Source: Alphaproteobacteria bacterium
GTDB taxonomy: Bacteria > Pseudomonadota > Alphaproteobacteria > UBA828
DNA: 64,000 bases
Reading direction: 5' to 3'
NCBI GenBank assembly: GCA_963422645.2
Contig: CAXXVO010000012.1
Span: 96,001 to 160,000 of the forward strand
In this document: positions 1-11,027 of the stretch, piece after piece
Numbering within the stretch: position 1 is the stretch's first letter
Layout: every line of letters begins with the position of its first letter
Made by a program: the position numbers and the translations under genes
The notes under the pieces: model-generated
What the model saw: only the letters and a program-made list of their open reading frames with translations
What the model was told of the DNA's origin: nothing
Databases searched by the model: none

Positions 1-146
1 GGATTGAGCGTGACCCGGCCGAGCCGCTTCGCCGTGTCGTCGCCGAGCTTGAGCGCGGCCCAGCCGTGGGCGGCTTCGTGCAGCGTGATGGCGAAGAGCA
101 CCGGTATGACCCAGACCGATGCGGCGAGGAGCCACGCCTCGGTCAC
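1..146 (-). CDS. Site-2 protease (M50 family) membrane metalloprotease, 5' part; runs off the window
   Basis: Manual translation from GTG at 146 gives MTEAWLLAASVWVIPVLFAITLHEAAHGW...LGDDTAKRLGRVTLNP (HExxH motif). GTGA overlaps the nagZ stop. Confidence 0.85.
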   Translation of the reverse strand, partial: MTEAWLLAASVWVIPVLFAITLHEAAHGWAALKLGDDTAKRLGRVTLN

Positions 147-1177
147 TGGGGCGACACCCGGGCCAGCAAGGCCTCCAGCTCGAGGCGGCCAGCGGCCTCG
201 TCGAACGAATCGGGCTCGTGCCGCGCAGATCGCATGCAGTCGAAGCGCTCCCGCGCGCGGCCGGCGAGCCGTGGCACCGCCGCCACGACCTCCTCCATTT
301 CGGTACGCTTGCCGTTGCAATGAAGGGCCAGGTCGCAGCCGGCCGCGAGAGCGGCCGCAGCCCGCGCGCCAACCGGCCCGATCAACGCTCCCATGGAGAG
401 GTCGTCGCTGAAGAGCAGGCCGTCGAAACCGATCGCGCCCCGCACGGCCTCGTCGATCACGGCCTTGGAGAGCGTACCCGGTCGTTCCGCGTCGAGCGCC
501 GTGTAGCAGACATGGGAGGTCAGGCCCGCCGGCACGTCACGCAGGGCCCGAAAAGGCGCGAAATCGAGGGTGCGGAGCGAGGCGAGCGAGGTATCGACGC
601 GCGGCAGTACCGCGTGACTGTCGGCAGTCGCCCGGCCATGCCCGGGCATGTGCTTGACCGCAGGCACGATGCCGCCCGCACGCAAGCCCTCCGCAACCGC
701 GCGGCCCAGCCGGGCCACCGTGTGCGGATCGGCACCGAGCGAACGGTCGCCGATGACCGTGCTGGCCTCAACGAAGCGGAGGTCCAGCACCGGGGCGCAG
801 TTGACCGTGATCCCGAGAGGATAGAGGTCCGCTGCCACCAGTCGGGCGCTCAGCGAGGCCGCGCACACACCGGCAGCCCCGTCGATCTCCGCCAACGCAC
901 CGAGTAGCGCCGGCGGCGGCGGCGCGCGCCAGTGCGGCGGGCCGAGGCGGGCCACCCGGCCGCCCTCCTGATCGACCAATACCGGCGCGTCGGGTCGCGC
1001 GACCGCATCGCGCAGTGAGGCGACCAGGGCCCGCACTTGTTCCGGGCTCTCGCAGTTGCGCTTGAACAGGATGAAGCCCGCCGGATCGGCGTCGGTCATG
1101 AAGCGGTACTCGCTTGCGTCGAGCGCTGTGCCCGCGCAGCCAAGCACCACCGCCCTCGGTGCGGCGTGCGACGTCAC
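143..1177 (-). CDS. nagZ: Beta-N-acetylhexosaminidase (GH3)
   Basis: DQEGGRV, KHMPGHG..DSH and SDDL motifs; typical argS-SPOR-nagZ synteny. Confidence 0.95.
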   Translation of the reverse strand: MTSHAAPRAVVLGCAGTALDASEYRFMTDADPAGFILFKRNCESPEQVRALVASLRDAVARPDAPVLVDQEGGRVARLGPPHWRAPPPPALLGALAEIDGAAGVCAASLSARLVAADLYPLGITVNCAPVLDLRFVEASTVIGDRSLGADPHTVARLGRAVAEGLRAGGIVPAVKHMPGHGRATADSHAVLPRVDTSLASLRTLDFAPFRALRDVPAGLTSHVCYTALDAERPGTLSKAVIDEAVRGAIGFDGLLFSDDLSMGALIGPVGARAAAALAAGCDLALHCNGKRTEMEEVVAAVPRLAGRARERFDCMRSARHEPDSFDEAAGRLELEALLARVSPQ

Positions 1178-1184
1178 GCCCGCC

Positions 1185-2465
1185 TCAATCCCGGGGCACG
1201 AAGCAATCGAGCCCGCGCGTCTTCAGCTGCGCACAGACCCGCTGCGCCGCCGCTTGGTTGCTGAGAGGGCCGGCGCGCAGCCGGTAGGTGATGCCGCTGG
1301 CGCCGCTGTCGACGGGCATGATCAGCGGGCTGAGGCCGATCAGCACGTCCTCGTGGCGGCGGCGCAGCATCTCCCAATGACCCTCCAGCGGCCCTCTGGA
1401 ATCGGCGGCACCGAGCTGGACGTATCGCCAGGTGCGGGAGTCAGATTGCACCGGCGCTGGCGCAGTATCCTGCGGGGCGGCGACGGTCTCTTGGATCGTG
1501 CGCTCGGCCGGCGCTGCCCTTGCGACGCGGGCCGGCTTGTAAAGCGGCAATGGCACCGGGTCCTCGTCCTCCGAAAGCAAGGGTTCGGACGGCGCCTCGG
1601 GCTCTCGCTCTTGCTGCAGCAAGTCCTCGATCAGGGCCAGTGTTTCGGGCTCTAGCTCCGGCAATTGGTCGTCTGCGACCTCTGGCTCGGCTTCCGGCGG
1701 AAGAGCTTCGCTCATGGCTGGTTCACCGAGATCCGGTAGCGGGGATTCCTCGATTCGAGCAGCCGCCAGCGTTCCCGGCTTGGGCGGCGGCGGCAGCAGG
1801 ATCCCGTCGATTTCCGAAATCTCCGATTCGAGCGGAATCGCCTCCTCGACCGAGATAGGATCCGCCGGCGCCTCGGATTCCGTCAGGAGTTCTTCCTGGA
1901 CCCCGGCGATTTCGGGCGCCTCGGGCTCAACCGGCGTCGCCTCCTCGACCGGCGGGGGCGCCGGCTCGTCGACAATGACCGTATCCGGTTGTTGCGTCGC
2001 GACCTCGTTCGCCGCACCGGATGCCGCAACCGCGAGCTCTTCGGCGCGGTCGGCCTCGGGCAAGGGCGGGCTCAGGGGCTCCTCCGGCGGCGGCAGGATC
2101 CGCTCCGGCGCTTCCTCGGGATCGGCCGTCGTCAGCGTCTCGTAGATCAGCGTGCCCTGGTTCGGAATCTCCATGCCGCCCGGATCATCGGGTCGGACCT
2201 TCCACGGCTCAACCGATGCGGCAATGAGCGGCACCGAAGTCTCGTCGGAGGACGATGGCCCGCCCCCCATACGCTCCGTCACCGCCCACGCGCCGCCTGC
2301 GAGCACTGCAGCGCCCAGGAGAAGCCACACCGGGAGCAGTCGAGGGCGCCTGCTCTCGGCCCCTTCCTCGCCGGCGGGCTCCGCCGGCTCTTGCTGCTCC
2401 TGCGGCTCTTGCGGGCTCGGCGGCTCGGGCGCCGACGGGGCCTCGGGGCCGTCTTCGCCGCTCAT
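1185..2465 (-). CDS. SPOR-domain cell division protein (FtsN-like) with single TM and long acidic/Pro-rich linker
   Basis: N-terminal TM, P.K.RP.DPGG motif, C-terminal YVQLGA...YRLRAGPL...C..LK..G.DC SPOR domain; lies between argS and nagZ. Confidence 0.85.
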   Translation of the reverse strand: MSGEDGPEAPSAPEPPSPQEPQEQQEPAEPAGEEGAESRRPRLLPVWLLLGAAVLAGGAWAVTERMGGGPSSSDETSVPLIAASVEPWKVRPDDPGGMEIPNQGTLIYETLTTADPEEAPERILPPPEEPLSPPLPEADRAEELAVAASGAANEVATQQPDTVIVDEPAPPPVEEATPVEPEAPEIAGVQEELLTESEAPADPISVEEAIPLESEISEIDGILLPPPPKPGTLAAARIEESPLPDLGEPAMSEALPPEAEPEVADDQLPELEPETLALIEDLLQQEREPEAPSEPLLSEDEDPVPLPLYKPARVARAAPAERTIQETVAAPQDTAPAPVQSDSRTWRYVQLGAADSRGPLEGHWEMLRRRHEDVLIGLSPLIMPVDSGASGITYRLRAGPLSNQAAAQRVCAQLKTRGLDCFVPRD

Positions 2466-4216
2466 CGCATCTCCTGCACCGGCTCGACTCCGAAGAGCGC
2501 CAGCCCCTCCGCAATAACGATCTTGACGGCGCTGATCAATGCGAGCCGAGCCCGCGTCTCGTCCGGCCGCTCGCCATCGACAATGCGAAGCCGCGGGTCG
2601 TCCTTGCCCCTGGTCCAGAGCAGATGAAAGTCGGCCGCAGTCTCATGCAGATAGAAGGCGATACGATGCGGCTCGTGGGCCAGCGCGGCGCCGGCCATCA
2701 CCCGCGGCCACTGACACAGCCGCCGGATCAGATCCAGCTCGGCTGGATCGCTCAGGCAAGAGAGATCGGCGCACGAGAGAAGGGCGGGCGTGAGCTCGGC
2801 TTCAGGCACGATCTCTGCTCCGCGGCGCAGCGCCGAGCACGCCCTGGCGTGGGCGTACTGGACGTAGAACACCGGGTTGTCCCGCGACTGCTCCAGGACC
2901 CTGCGAAGGTCGAAGTCAAGCGGCGCGTCGTTGCGGCGCGTCAGCATGATGAAGCGGACCACATCGCGGCCGACCTCGTCGACGACGTCGCGAAGCGTCA
3001 CGAAGCGCCCCGCGCGCTTCGACATCGCCACCGGCTCGCCGCCGTCCAGCAGCTTCACCATTTGGCATATCATCACATCGAGGGTCGCCGTCTCCTCGGA
3101 GAGCGCCGAGACGGCAGCCTTCATCCGCTTCACATAGCCGCCGTGGTCGGCGCCCCACACGTCGATCAGGTCGCTGAAGCCGCGCTCGATCTTGTCGCGG
3201 TGATAGGCGATATCGGTGGCGAAGTAGGTCCAGGTGCCGTCAGACTTTCGCAGCGGCCGGTCAGTGTCGTCGCCGAAGGAGGTGGCGCGGAAGAGGTCCT
3301 GCTCGCGTGGCTCCCAGTCCTCGTCGCGCTTGCCCTTGGGCGGCTCCAGCACGCCGCGATAGATCAAGTCGCTTGATTCCAGAGCGGCATACGCGTCATC
3401 CACTCGGCCTTCGGCGACCAGCGCGCGCTCCGAGCTGAACACGTCGTGCCGCACGCCGAGCGCATCCAGATCTTCTCGTATGAGGTCCATCATGGCGTCG
3501 ATGGCGAAGCTGCGGACCTCCGGCAGCCAGGTCGATTCGGGCTCCTCCAGCCAACGCCGGCCGTCGCGTGCGGCGAGTGCCTCGCCCACGGGCACCAGAT
3601 AGTCCCCCGGGTAGAGCCCCTCGGGAATGGCGCCGATGGTCTCGCCGCACGCCTCGCGGTAGCGGGCATGGACCGAGCGGGCGAGCGTATCGACCTGCGC
3701 GCCGGCGTCGTTCACGTAGTATTCCCGCGTCACGTCGAAGCCCATGTGCGAGAGCAGATTGGCGAGCGCGTCGCCCACCACCGCTCCCCGTGCATGGCCG
3801 ACATGGAGCGGCCCGGTGGGATTGGTGGAAACATATTCCACGTTTATGCGCTGCCCTTGACCCAGGTCATGCGCACCGTATCCGGGCCCGGTGACGAGCA
3901 GTTCGGCCAACCGCTCCCACCAGAATTCGTTGGTGAGCCTCAGGTTGACGAAGCCGGGTCCGGCAACCTCGACCGCGCGAATCTGCGGATGCACTTGCAA
4001 CCGTTCCGCCAGATGCTCGGCGATCTCGCGCGGCTTGCGGCGCGCCTGCCTGGCGAGCACCAGCGCCGCATTGCAGGCCGCATCGCCGTGCTCCGCATCG
4101 CGCGGCGGTTCGACAAGGACCGCCGAAAGATCGAGCCCCGCGGGCAACGCGCCGGCATTACCCAATGCTTCAATCTCTTCGCGAATAACGCCCGACAAGT
4201 AGCTGAAAACATTCAT
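2462..4216 (-). CDS. argS: Arginine--tRNA ligase
   Basis: [19 protein letters not shown] (HIGH), MSKRAG (KMSK-like), YVQYAHAR. Likely start MNVFSY at 4216 overlapping the dgt stop. Confidence 0.97.
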   Translation of the reverse strand: MNVFSYLSGVIREEIEALGNAGALPAGLDLSAVLVEPPRDAEHGDAACNAALVLARQARRKPREIAEHLAERLQVHPQIRAVEVAGPGFVNLRLTNEFWWERLAELLVTGPGYGAHDLGQGQRINVEYVSTNPTGPLHVGHARGAVVGDALANLLSHMGFDVTREYYVNDAGAQVDTLARSVHARYREACGETIGAIPEGLYPGDYLVPVGEALAARDGRRWLEEPESTWLPEVRSFAIDAMMDLIREDLDALGVRHDVFSSERALVAEGRVDDAYAALESSDLIYRGVLEPPKGKRDEDWEPREQDLFRATSFGDDTDRPLRKSDGTWTYFATDIAYHRDKIERGFSDLIDVWGADHGGYVKRMKAAVSALSEETATLDVMICQMVKLLDGGEPVAMSKRAGRFVTLRDVVDEVGRDVVRFIMLTRRNDAPLDFDLRRVLEQSRDNPVFYVQYAHARACSALRRGAEIVPEAELTPALLSCADLSCLSDPAELDLIRRLCQWPRVMAGAALAHEPHRIAFYLHETAADFHLLWTRGKDDPRLRIVDGERPDETRARLALISAVKIVIAEGLALFGVEPVQEMR

Positions 4217-5424
4217 CTCCACAGCACCGTATCGAAGAGATCGCGATGTTCCTGGATGGCGAAGCGATCCGTCATTCCGGCGACGTAGTCGGCAACCACG
4301 CGCGCTGTACTCAATGTTCGCGGACCGTCGCACCGGGTCCGCCACTCCTCCGGCAGGCACTGCGGCTCCTCGATGAAGAGCTCGAAGAGCTCGCGCACGG
4401 TCCGGCGCGCCTTGCTGGCCATCCGGTTGACCTTGTGATGACGATACATGCGCTCGTGCAGAAAGGCCTTCAAGGCCTCACCGTGGTCCTGCATCGTCGC
4501 CGAGAAGGCGATCAACGGTGCGCCGTGGTTGCGCACGGCCTCGACGTCCCCAAGCCCGGCTTCTGCCAGGCGCCGCCCGCTGGAATCGATCACGTCTTCG
4601 ACCATGGCGCCGATCATGCGGCGGACCATCTCGTGAATCCGGCGGCTTTCCTCGCCGCCCGGATTATCGGTGGTCACGTCTTTCAGAATCGTCCCCACCA
4701 GGGGAACGTCCCGCAGGTCATCGACGGCGAAGAGGCCCGCGCGCAGCCCGTCGTCCACGTCGTGATTGTTGTAGGCGATATCATCTGCCAGCGCAGCGAT
4801 CTGGGCCTCCAGGCCGGCGTGGGTGTCGAGCTCCAGATCGTGCCGGCCCGAGTAGGTCTCGATGGCGCCGGGGGTTGCATCCGCCGGACGCGGGCCATTG
4901 TGCTTCGCCACCCCTTCCAGGGTCTCCCAGGTCAGGTTCAGGCCGTCGAAGTCGTTATAGCGCTGCTCCAGGGCGGTCAGGATGCGCATGGTCTGCGCGT
5001 TGTGATCGAACCCGCCGTAAGCAGCCATCGCCTGGTCCAGCGCGGCCTCGCCGGCATGGCCGAAGGGCGGGTGCCCGAGATCGTGAGCCAGCGCGAGCGC
5101 CTCGGCGAGGTCTTCGTTCACACCGAGCACGCGGCTGATCGAGCGCGCGATCTGCGCCACCTCCAGGCTGTGTGTCAGCCGGGTGCGGTAGTGATCCCCC
5201 TCGTGATAGACGAAGACCTGGGTCTTGTGCTGAAGCCGACGGAACGCCGCGCAGTGGATGATCCGGTCGCGGTCGCGCTGAAAGGCCGTCCGCGTGCGGC
5301 TTTCCGGCTCCTGATGGTGGCGCCCGCGGCTCCGCTCGGGGAACGAGGCGTAAGGGGCTGCCGCGAATTGCAGGGCAGATGTCGCCACACCTGACGCAGA
5401 GATGGCGCTCGTGCTCAAGCTCAC
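4213..5424 (-). CDS. dgt: Deoxyguanosinetriphosphate triphosphohydrolase (HD domain)
   Basis: [46 protein letters not shown] motifs. Confidence 0.95.
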   Translation of the reverse strand: MSLSTSAISASGVATSALQFAAAPYASFPERSRGRHHQEPESRTRTAFQRDRDRIIHCAAFRRLQHKTQVFVYHEGDHYRTRLTHSLEVAQIARSISRVLGVNEDLAEALALAHDLGHPPFGHAGEAALDQAMAAYGGFDHNAQTMRILTALEQRYNDFDGLNLTWETLEGVAKHNGPRPADATPGAIETYSGRHDLELDTHAGLEAQIAALADDIAYNNHDVDDGLRAGLFAVDDLRDVPLVGTILKDVTTDNPGGEESRRIHEMVRRMIGAMVEDVIDSSGRRLAEAGLGDVEAVRNHGAPLIAFSATMQDHGEALKAFLHERMYRHHKVNRMASKARRTVRELFELFIEEPQCLPEEWRTRCDGPRTLSTARVVADYVAGMTDRFAIQEHRDLFDTVLWR

Positions 5425-5933
5425 ATCTCGCTTTCAGGCCCGCGGATCGCGTGCAGCCGCTTGGTCGGCAGCATGATCGGCGGCGGCACCGCGTAGAAGG
5501 TGTGGACCTCCGGCGCGGCCTCCTCCGATTCGGCCTCATCGCTACCCTCTTCGGCCGAGCGGATCACCACATCGTGGCCCGAGCGCCGGGTCTCGCGCAT
5601 GACCGACTGAAGCCGCTGGGCCGCCGCCTGGTCCCAGGGCAGCGCATAAAAGCGCGGCGTTCCATCGACGGAAAGCCAGAGATAGATCGCTTCGTCCTCG
5701 CGCAGTGCGGCCGAGAGCACCCGCGCGCCCGCTACGCTCTCCAGTTCGGAGGAGAGTGTCTTCGGCCGCGATAACAGCATTGAATAGCTGAAATAGCCGA
5801 TCACGACGAGGGCGGCGAACAGGACCACAGCAACGGCTTTCCAAAGCGCCCGTCGCCGGGACCAGACCGCGATGCTCGCGAGCGCAGCACCTACAAGCGC
5901 CAGGACGATGTAGAGGTAGGCGAAGCTATCCAC
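5421..5933 (-). CDS. Hypothetical membrane protein (two N-terminal TM helices)
   Basis: Hydrophobic N-terminus; overlaps both neighbours, consistent with translational coupling. Confidence 0.7.
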   Translation of the reverse strand: MDSFAYLYIVLALVGAALASIAVWSRRRALWKAVAVVLFAALVVIGYFSYSMLLSRPKTLSSELESVAGARVLSAALREDEAIYLWLSVDGTPRFYALPWDQAAAQRLQSVMRETRRSGHDVVIRSAEEGSDEAESEEAAPEVHTFYAVPPPIMLPTKRLHAIRGPESEM

Positions 5934-6248
5934 CCGGCCGCACCTCGCGAGAGCGGAGCTGGGATTGCGCGTATTCCCGTATCAGCGAGAGCCTGACGTC
6001 GTTGGCGCTGCCGTGTACGAGCGCGCCCTTGCCGGTCAGTGCAAAGCGGAACACGGTCGTCTCGTGACGCGGATAGCGCAGCTCGACCTCTTTATCGAGG
6101 ATCGGAGTCGGCCTGTCCTCCCCTTCGCGCTTGACGCTGACTACGACCTGGACCTGCACCGGCGTCGGGCGAATGGGGTCCTCCAGACGGTAAGCCTGGA
6201 CGTTGACGATCCACTCGCCGGGCACGATGCCCCGACTGTAGACAATCT
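5926..6248 (-). pseudogene. 3' remnant of a hypothetical protein (SRGIVPGEWIVNV motif, YfaP/DUF2135-like), 5' part lost at the IS66 junction
   Basis: Reading frame continues into the IS66 terminal repeat at 6249 with no native start. Confidence 0.6.
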
Positions 6249-6350
6249 GTAACTGCCCAGGTCTGATTCTGCCGAGCACTCGGACGTGATGGATTGATGG
6301 TTCTGACCAGCCAGGGGTCAGGCGGCGCTTTCCCGGAGCAGCGCAGGATT

Positions 6351-7892
6351 TCAGAAGCGCAATAAGGGGATCAGCTGGATTGGATCGGGGTGCGCCAGGG
6401 TTTCGAGGACATTCCAGCGCTGTTTTCGAGCGGTGGCGATGACGGATCGCAGGTTTGCGAAGTCGCGGGCGCCTTGTATCGAGCGGAAGCCGCCTGAGAT
6501 TTTCTGGCGCAGCTTGCCCATTCGGAGGTCGCGCTCGGCCTCGTTGTTGGAGAAGGGGGTTCGCGGATCGGTGAGGAAGCGCAGGCACCCCTCCTTGTAC
6601 TTCTGGAGTCGGAGGGCGAGGTTGTGACCGATGCGGCGCTTTTGTCGTCCGCGCTTTCCGGTCTGGAGCGGTGGCATTTCTTCGTGAGAGGCGATGGCAC
6701 GTTCGAGGATGCGGTCCCAGGCTCGCGAGATGCGGGCCACCAGTGAGGCGGGCACGTCGCGGTCGTTCTTGTGGGCGAAGCGGGCGGCTCTGTTGGCACG
6801 GATGAGGAGCCGGTGCGTGCTCGTTGCCCAGTCTTCCTTCTCGATCTCGATGAGGGCTTGGAGCTCGCGCAGGTGATGGGCGTTGCAGGCCCCGTGGCGC
6901 ACGCCCTCGAGAGCGAAGTAGGTGGCGTAGTCGTCATGGATGACGATGCCGTTGAGCTTCTCGTCGATGTGGCTGCGCCCGGTGGCGACGCGCAGGATGG
7001 TGAGCAACGGGGTGCACAGCACATGGAGCCAATGGGTCCGGGCGGCGATGCGGATGCCGGTCTCGTCGAGGTGTTTGACTGGGGCTGCGGTGCGGATGAT
7101 CTCCGCGAGGCGATCGAGGAAGCCCTCGAAGCGCCGGGCGGTGCGCCTTCCCATGGCGACGATGGTGGCTGTTGAGAGCTTGACCGCGAAGAGGTCGCTC
7201 ATGACCTCGGCGACCCGCTTCTCGGGAATGAACTGAGCGTGCAGCAGGTAGGTCACCCACGCGGTGATGCGCGGCCCGTATTGGACCGGTGCGCTCACGC
7301 CGTTCGGGAAGACGGCTGTCGTCACGGTGCCGCAGGCAGCGCAGAGGCAACGATGGCCGCGATGTTCGGTGACCTCGAGGGGCTGCGGCTCGGGCACATC
7401 GAAGACCTGCCGGCAGACGGGGGCTCCGTGACGGTCAGCGTCCGACAGCGGCGCGCCGCAGCCCTCACAGGCGGACGGATCATGATCGACGACATGGTCG
7501 GGCGTCGCGGTCCGCTCCAGGGTAGTTCCCTTGTGGCCCGGCTGGCCGCCACTGGGCCTGTCGGACTTGCCGCGCTGGCTCCGGGTGCGCTTCTCCCGGT
7601 CACCGCTCTTCTTCTTCAGACCGTCGCTGGCCGGCGGCTTGGAGCTGGTGGTGCTGTCGAGCGCGGCGCTGCGCTCGAGTTCGGCGATCCGCTCGCGCAA
7701 GCGGGCGTTCTCCCGCTCCAGCGCGTCGTTCTCCTTGACCAGGGCCGCGCTCAGGCGCAGCAACCTCTGGCCCCATTCCCGAATGGCTTTGACGGCGGTC
7801 ATTGCGAAGGATTGTGGGGTGAAAAGGTCCTGCAGGCACGCGAAGGCCTCGTCGTGGGCAGCGAGGTCCTCGTGCCAGCGCGACACTGTCAC
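6351..7892 (-). CDS. IS66 family transposase
   Basis: Coiled coil, SSKPPASD, GGQPGH, CxxC zinc finger, HLDETG, CNAHHLREL, NNEAERDLR. GTG start at 7892 overlaps the MTase stop (GTGA). Confidence 0.93.
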   Translation of the reverse strand: MTVSRWHEDLAAHDEAFACLQDLFTPQSFAMTAVKAIREWGQRLLRLSAALVKENDALERENARLRERIAELERSAALDSTTSSKPPASDGLKKKSGDREKRTRSQRGKSDRPSGGQPGHKGTTLERTATPDHVVDHDPSACEGCGAPLSDADRHGAPVCRQVFDVPEPQPLEVTEHRGHRCLCAACGTVTTAVFPNGVSAPVQYGPRITAWVTYLLHAQFIPEKRVAEVMSDLFAVKLSTATIVAMGRRTARRFEGFLDRLAEIIRTAAPVKHLDETGIRIAARTHWLHVLCTPLLTILRVATGRSHIDEKLNGIVIHDDYATYFALEGVRHGACNAHHLRELQALIEIEKEDWATSTHRLLIRANRAARFAHKNDRDVPASLVARISRAWDRILERAIASHEEMPPLQTGKRGRQKRRIGHNLALRLQKYKEGCLRFLTDPRTPFSNNEAERDLRMGKLRQKISGGFRSIQGARDFANLRSVIATARKQRWNVLETLAHPDPIQLIPLLRF

Positions 7893-8557
7893 GAACCCTC
7901 GTCGGCCTCGACGGCCATGATCGCGGCCAGCACCGCCAGGCGTTCGCCCGCCGGCATGGCCTCGTAGCGCCGGCCCCAGTTGGCCGCCTTGCGCTTGATG
8001 CACTGGCGCTCGGTGAAGTTCCGGCCGGCGAAGCTCGCCCAGTGCACCCGGTCAGGCGCGAAGTTGAACCACACGACCTCGGTCCGCACCTGGGCCTGGG
8101 TCGTCACCTGCAGCGCCAGCCGGCGCCAGCCCGCCAGCAGCTCGTCATAGAGCGCAGACGGGTGGCCCGAGACCATCACCTGGCAGGGCAGACCCTTGAG
8201 CAGTTCGAGGAGCGCGACGTGGTCGGCCTCCTCGTACTCGAAGCGGTAGCGCTGCGACGAACGCCGGGTCGCGTGCAGATAGGGCGGATCGCTGTAGACC
8301 AGCTCCGGGCCCAGAAACGGGAACGAGGCCAGGAAGGAATGGGCGCAGCCGTGCACCAACTCCACCGGGTAGTCGCAGCCAAAGGCCTCAAGCGCCCGCT
8401 CGTCGCGGTCGATCCCGATCGAGCGCATGGCCGCAGGCTTGCGCTTCATCAGCGCCCCGCCCCCAAGATGGCTCTCGATATAGACAGAGTGCGGCGGCAT
8501 CAGCGCAATCAGCGCCTAGCTCAGACCGGTCGTCGCCTTCGACCCGAAATACCCCAC
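7889..8557 (-). pseudogene. Dam/D12-class N6-adenine DNA methyltransferase with an in-frame TAG at codon 14
   Basis: GTG start after AGAGGAG gives VGYFGSKATTGLS*ALIALMPPH..YIESHLGGGA..YSDPPY; TAG at 8516-8518. Confidence 0.85.
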
Positions 8558-8603
8558 CGGCTGCTCCTCTCATGCGAGAGTGCAACCCATAGGCGAGAGA
8601 ACC

Positions 8604-10871
8604 TCAGACTTCCTGACCTCTGCTGATTTTAGGTGACACGAGCCGCGCGGATTCCGAGGCCCCGTCGATGTCGTAGACTATGCGCAGACGGGTGCCGGGG
8701 AAGACCGTTTCGGTGGCGTTCAGGTCGCTCAGAACCGCATCGATCCAACGGTCGCAGGCGTCGTTTGCGAGGCCAAGAATGTGGACCCGCAGGAGGCCAT
8801 TGCCAGGATCCGGCAGGATGTCGGCATCGGCGGTGAGCAGCGCTTGAAGCAGTTTCCGGGGATGGGGCTTGTGGCCCTGCGCCTGCATGACGGGAAGCAT
8901 CATGCGGGTTTCGGCGCGGTAGGCGATCATCCGGATGACGTCGAGGAGGAGGCGCTCGCGCGCGGGCAAGGCATCGAGCTGCTCGGCTTCGTCGAGGTCG
9001 CCGGCCCGGCAGTGCTTGGGCGTCTCCCTGCGGCTGGCCCTGACGATGTCGCGGACATCCTGGAGGTCCCTGACTTCCCTCCTGAGTTCCGCCGTCGGCT
9101 GCTTCTTCCGGGCCGTGTCGGCGATGCGGTTGCGCAGGCGGCCAAGCTGGCGGTCGAGGCGATGGATTGCCTTGTCATAGGCCCGCCGCAGCGGGTTGAC
9201 GACCATGGCGGCGGGATCGAGAGGCTCGAGCTCGTGGGTCGGCAGGGCGTCGAGATTGAACTCGTCACGCATGTACTTGAAGAAGTTCTCCTGCGACCAG
9301 CGCGAGAACATGGCGCCCGCAACCTCAGCCATCGGCTTGTGCGGATCGGTGGTGATCAGCGGCACCTGACGGCCGTTGTCGAGCAGGCGGCGGATCTGGC
9401 GCACCCTGAAGCCGTTCGGCAACGTCACCGGCTTCTCAGCCAGCCGCATGGTGGCGCTGCCGTCCGCCGCCGGTCCGTGAATGGGAACGGTCATCGCGCC
9501 GAAGTCCTCGGCCGGCCAGTCCTCGCCCCTGAAGTTCTTGTGCCAGGTCAGGCAGGCGACGCCGCGCCTCGCCAGCCGGCGGAACAGATCCGGGCTCCAG
9601 CCCTCGCGGTCGAAGACCAGGGTGAGCGCCGGCTGGCCGGGATGCTCGGCGGTCAGGTCCGGCGCCCCGGCGCCAACGATCCCAAGCTCCTGCAGCGCCG
9701 GCACCACGTCGGCTTCGATGGCCGCGACCATCTTCGGGTCCAGCGGCTTGTGCAGACAGAGCAGCGGCTTGCCGCCCAGAGCGTTGATCCAGTAGCTGGC
9801 GCTCGCCGGCAGGCACAGCTTCTCGCGCGAGACGAAGTGCTTGGGCAAGCGCCCCTTGCGGCCGGAGTAGACCTTGACGTGCCCGTCGATGGCCAGCGTC
9901 GCCCAGAGCTCCGGCTCGTCGGCGCCTGCCAGCGCCTGGCAAGGGCGAGCTGCCACGCCCGCACGCCGGCCTCGTCGTCGGCGATGAGAGCGATCTTGCG
10001 GCGCAGCGTCTTGACCTCGGGGCAGCGATCGAGGCCGAGAATGGCGCCCCATTCGCCCGGCGCCTGGTAGCGCAGGCTCTCGGGGTTGCGCACCCGCGCC
10101 AAGGTCATGAAGGCCAGGAAGAGCAGGATCGTAGGCAAGCCGTAATAGCCCTTCGGCAGCAATGGCAGGAGACCGGTCTCGGAGAGAAGACCTTCCTTCA
10201 GCAGGGCCGGCAGGGCGGCGAGCACGCCGCCGAAGCGGACACCGCGGGCGGCGGCGGCGAACTGCGGTTCGACCGGCCCCGCCTGTCCACAACTGGCCAG
10301 AACCCGAGCCGGAACATCGCAAGTCGCACGCCCCATCGGCGCCTGCCGGTCCCGCCGATCGCGCGCGCTGCGATCCGTTTGCGGCTGCGCTTCCAGCCCC
10401 GGCGCCGTCTCCGGCCCCGGGGCACCGGTACTCTCTTCATCGACACGGCCTTCAGGAGCCGCACCCGCGTCAGGCGGCGCAGCCAGCGCTGAGCGTCCGG
10501 GCTCCCCATCCGCCTCCGTGTTGCCGATCAGTCCCTGACGGCGCCACTTGTTGACCGATGGCGCTGACACGCCGAGAACCCGGGCCGCCGCAGAGCCGCT
10601 CAGGCCCGATGCCAGCAACGCCGTCGCCTTCTCCGCCAACTCCGGAGTGAACACCGACGGCCCGCGACCGCGCCGGGGCTTCATGAACCCCGCTTCGCCC
10701 TCGGCCAGGTAGCGCCGTCGTGCGCGCTGCACCGTCGCGCGCGAGACAGCGAAAGCGTCAGCCAGTTCCTGCGGCGAGACCGCGCTGATCGCCGCGAGGC
10801 GGCCGATCCGCAAGAGCATGGCCGTGCGGTCATCGGCGGCGTGGCTGTCAAATTGGGAGGGTACTGGGCAT
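8604..10871 (-). pseudogene. Frameshifted transposase of IS copy 1
   Basis: Split between ORFs 9653..10819 and 8604..10322; otherwise matches the intact ORFs at 24901 and 29781. Confidence 0.85.
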
Positions 10872-11027
10872 GGTTGAGACCCCGTGCAATTGGTATCAAA
10901 TTATAATATCAGACCTCGGGCGCGACACCCAGCGAAAAACCGCCTGAAACAACCGAAATGTATCAGAATTCAAGGAGTTCCCGGCACGCTGCCCAGAACA
11001 GCCAGCATCACGAGGTCAGGAAGTCTG
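8605..11027 (-). mobile_element. Unclassified (ISNCY-like) large DDE-transposase IS, copy 1, defective
   Basis: TIR CAGACTTCCTGACCTC at both ends, 5-bp TSD AACCT. Versus copy 3 it has a 92-bp 5' deletion and a +2 frameshift near 9922. Confidence 0.9.

Noticed and set aside
1500-2460. Novel repeat protein within the SPOR gene
   Set aside because: A low-complexity Glu/Pro linker is normal for FtsN-like proteins.
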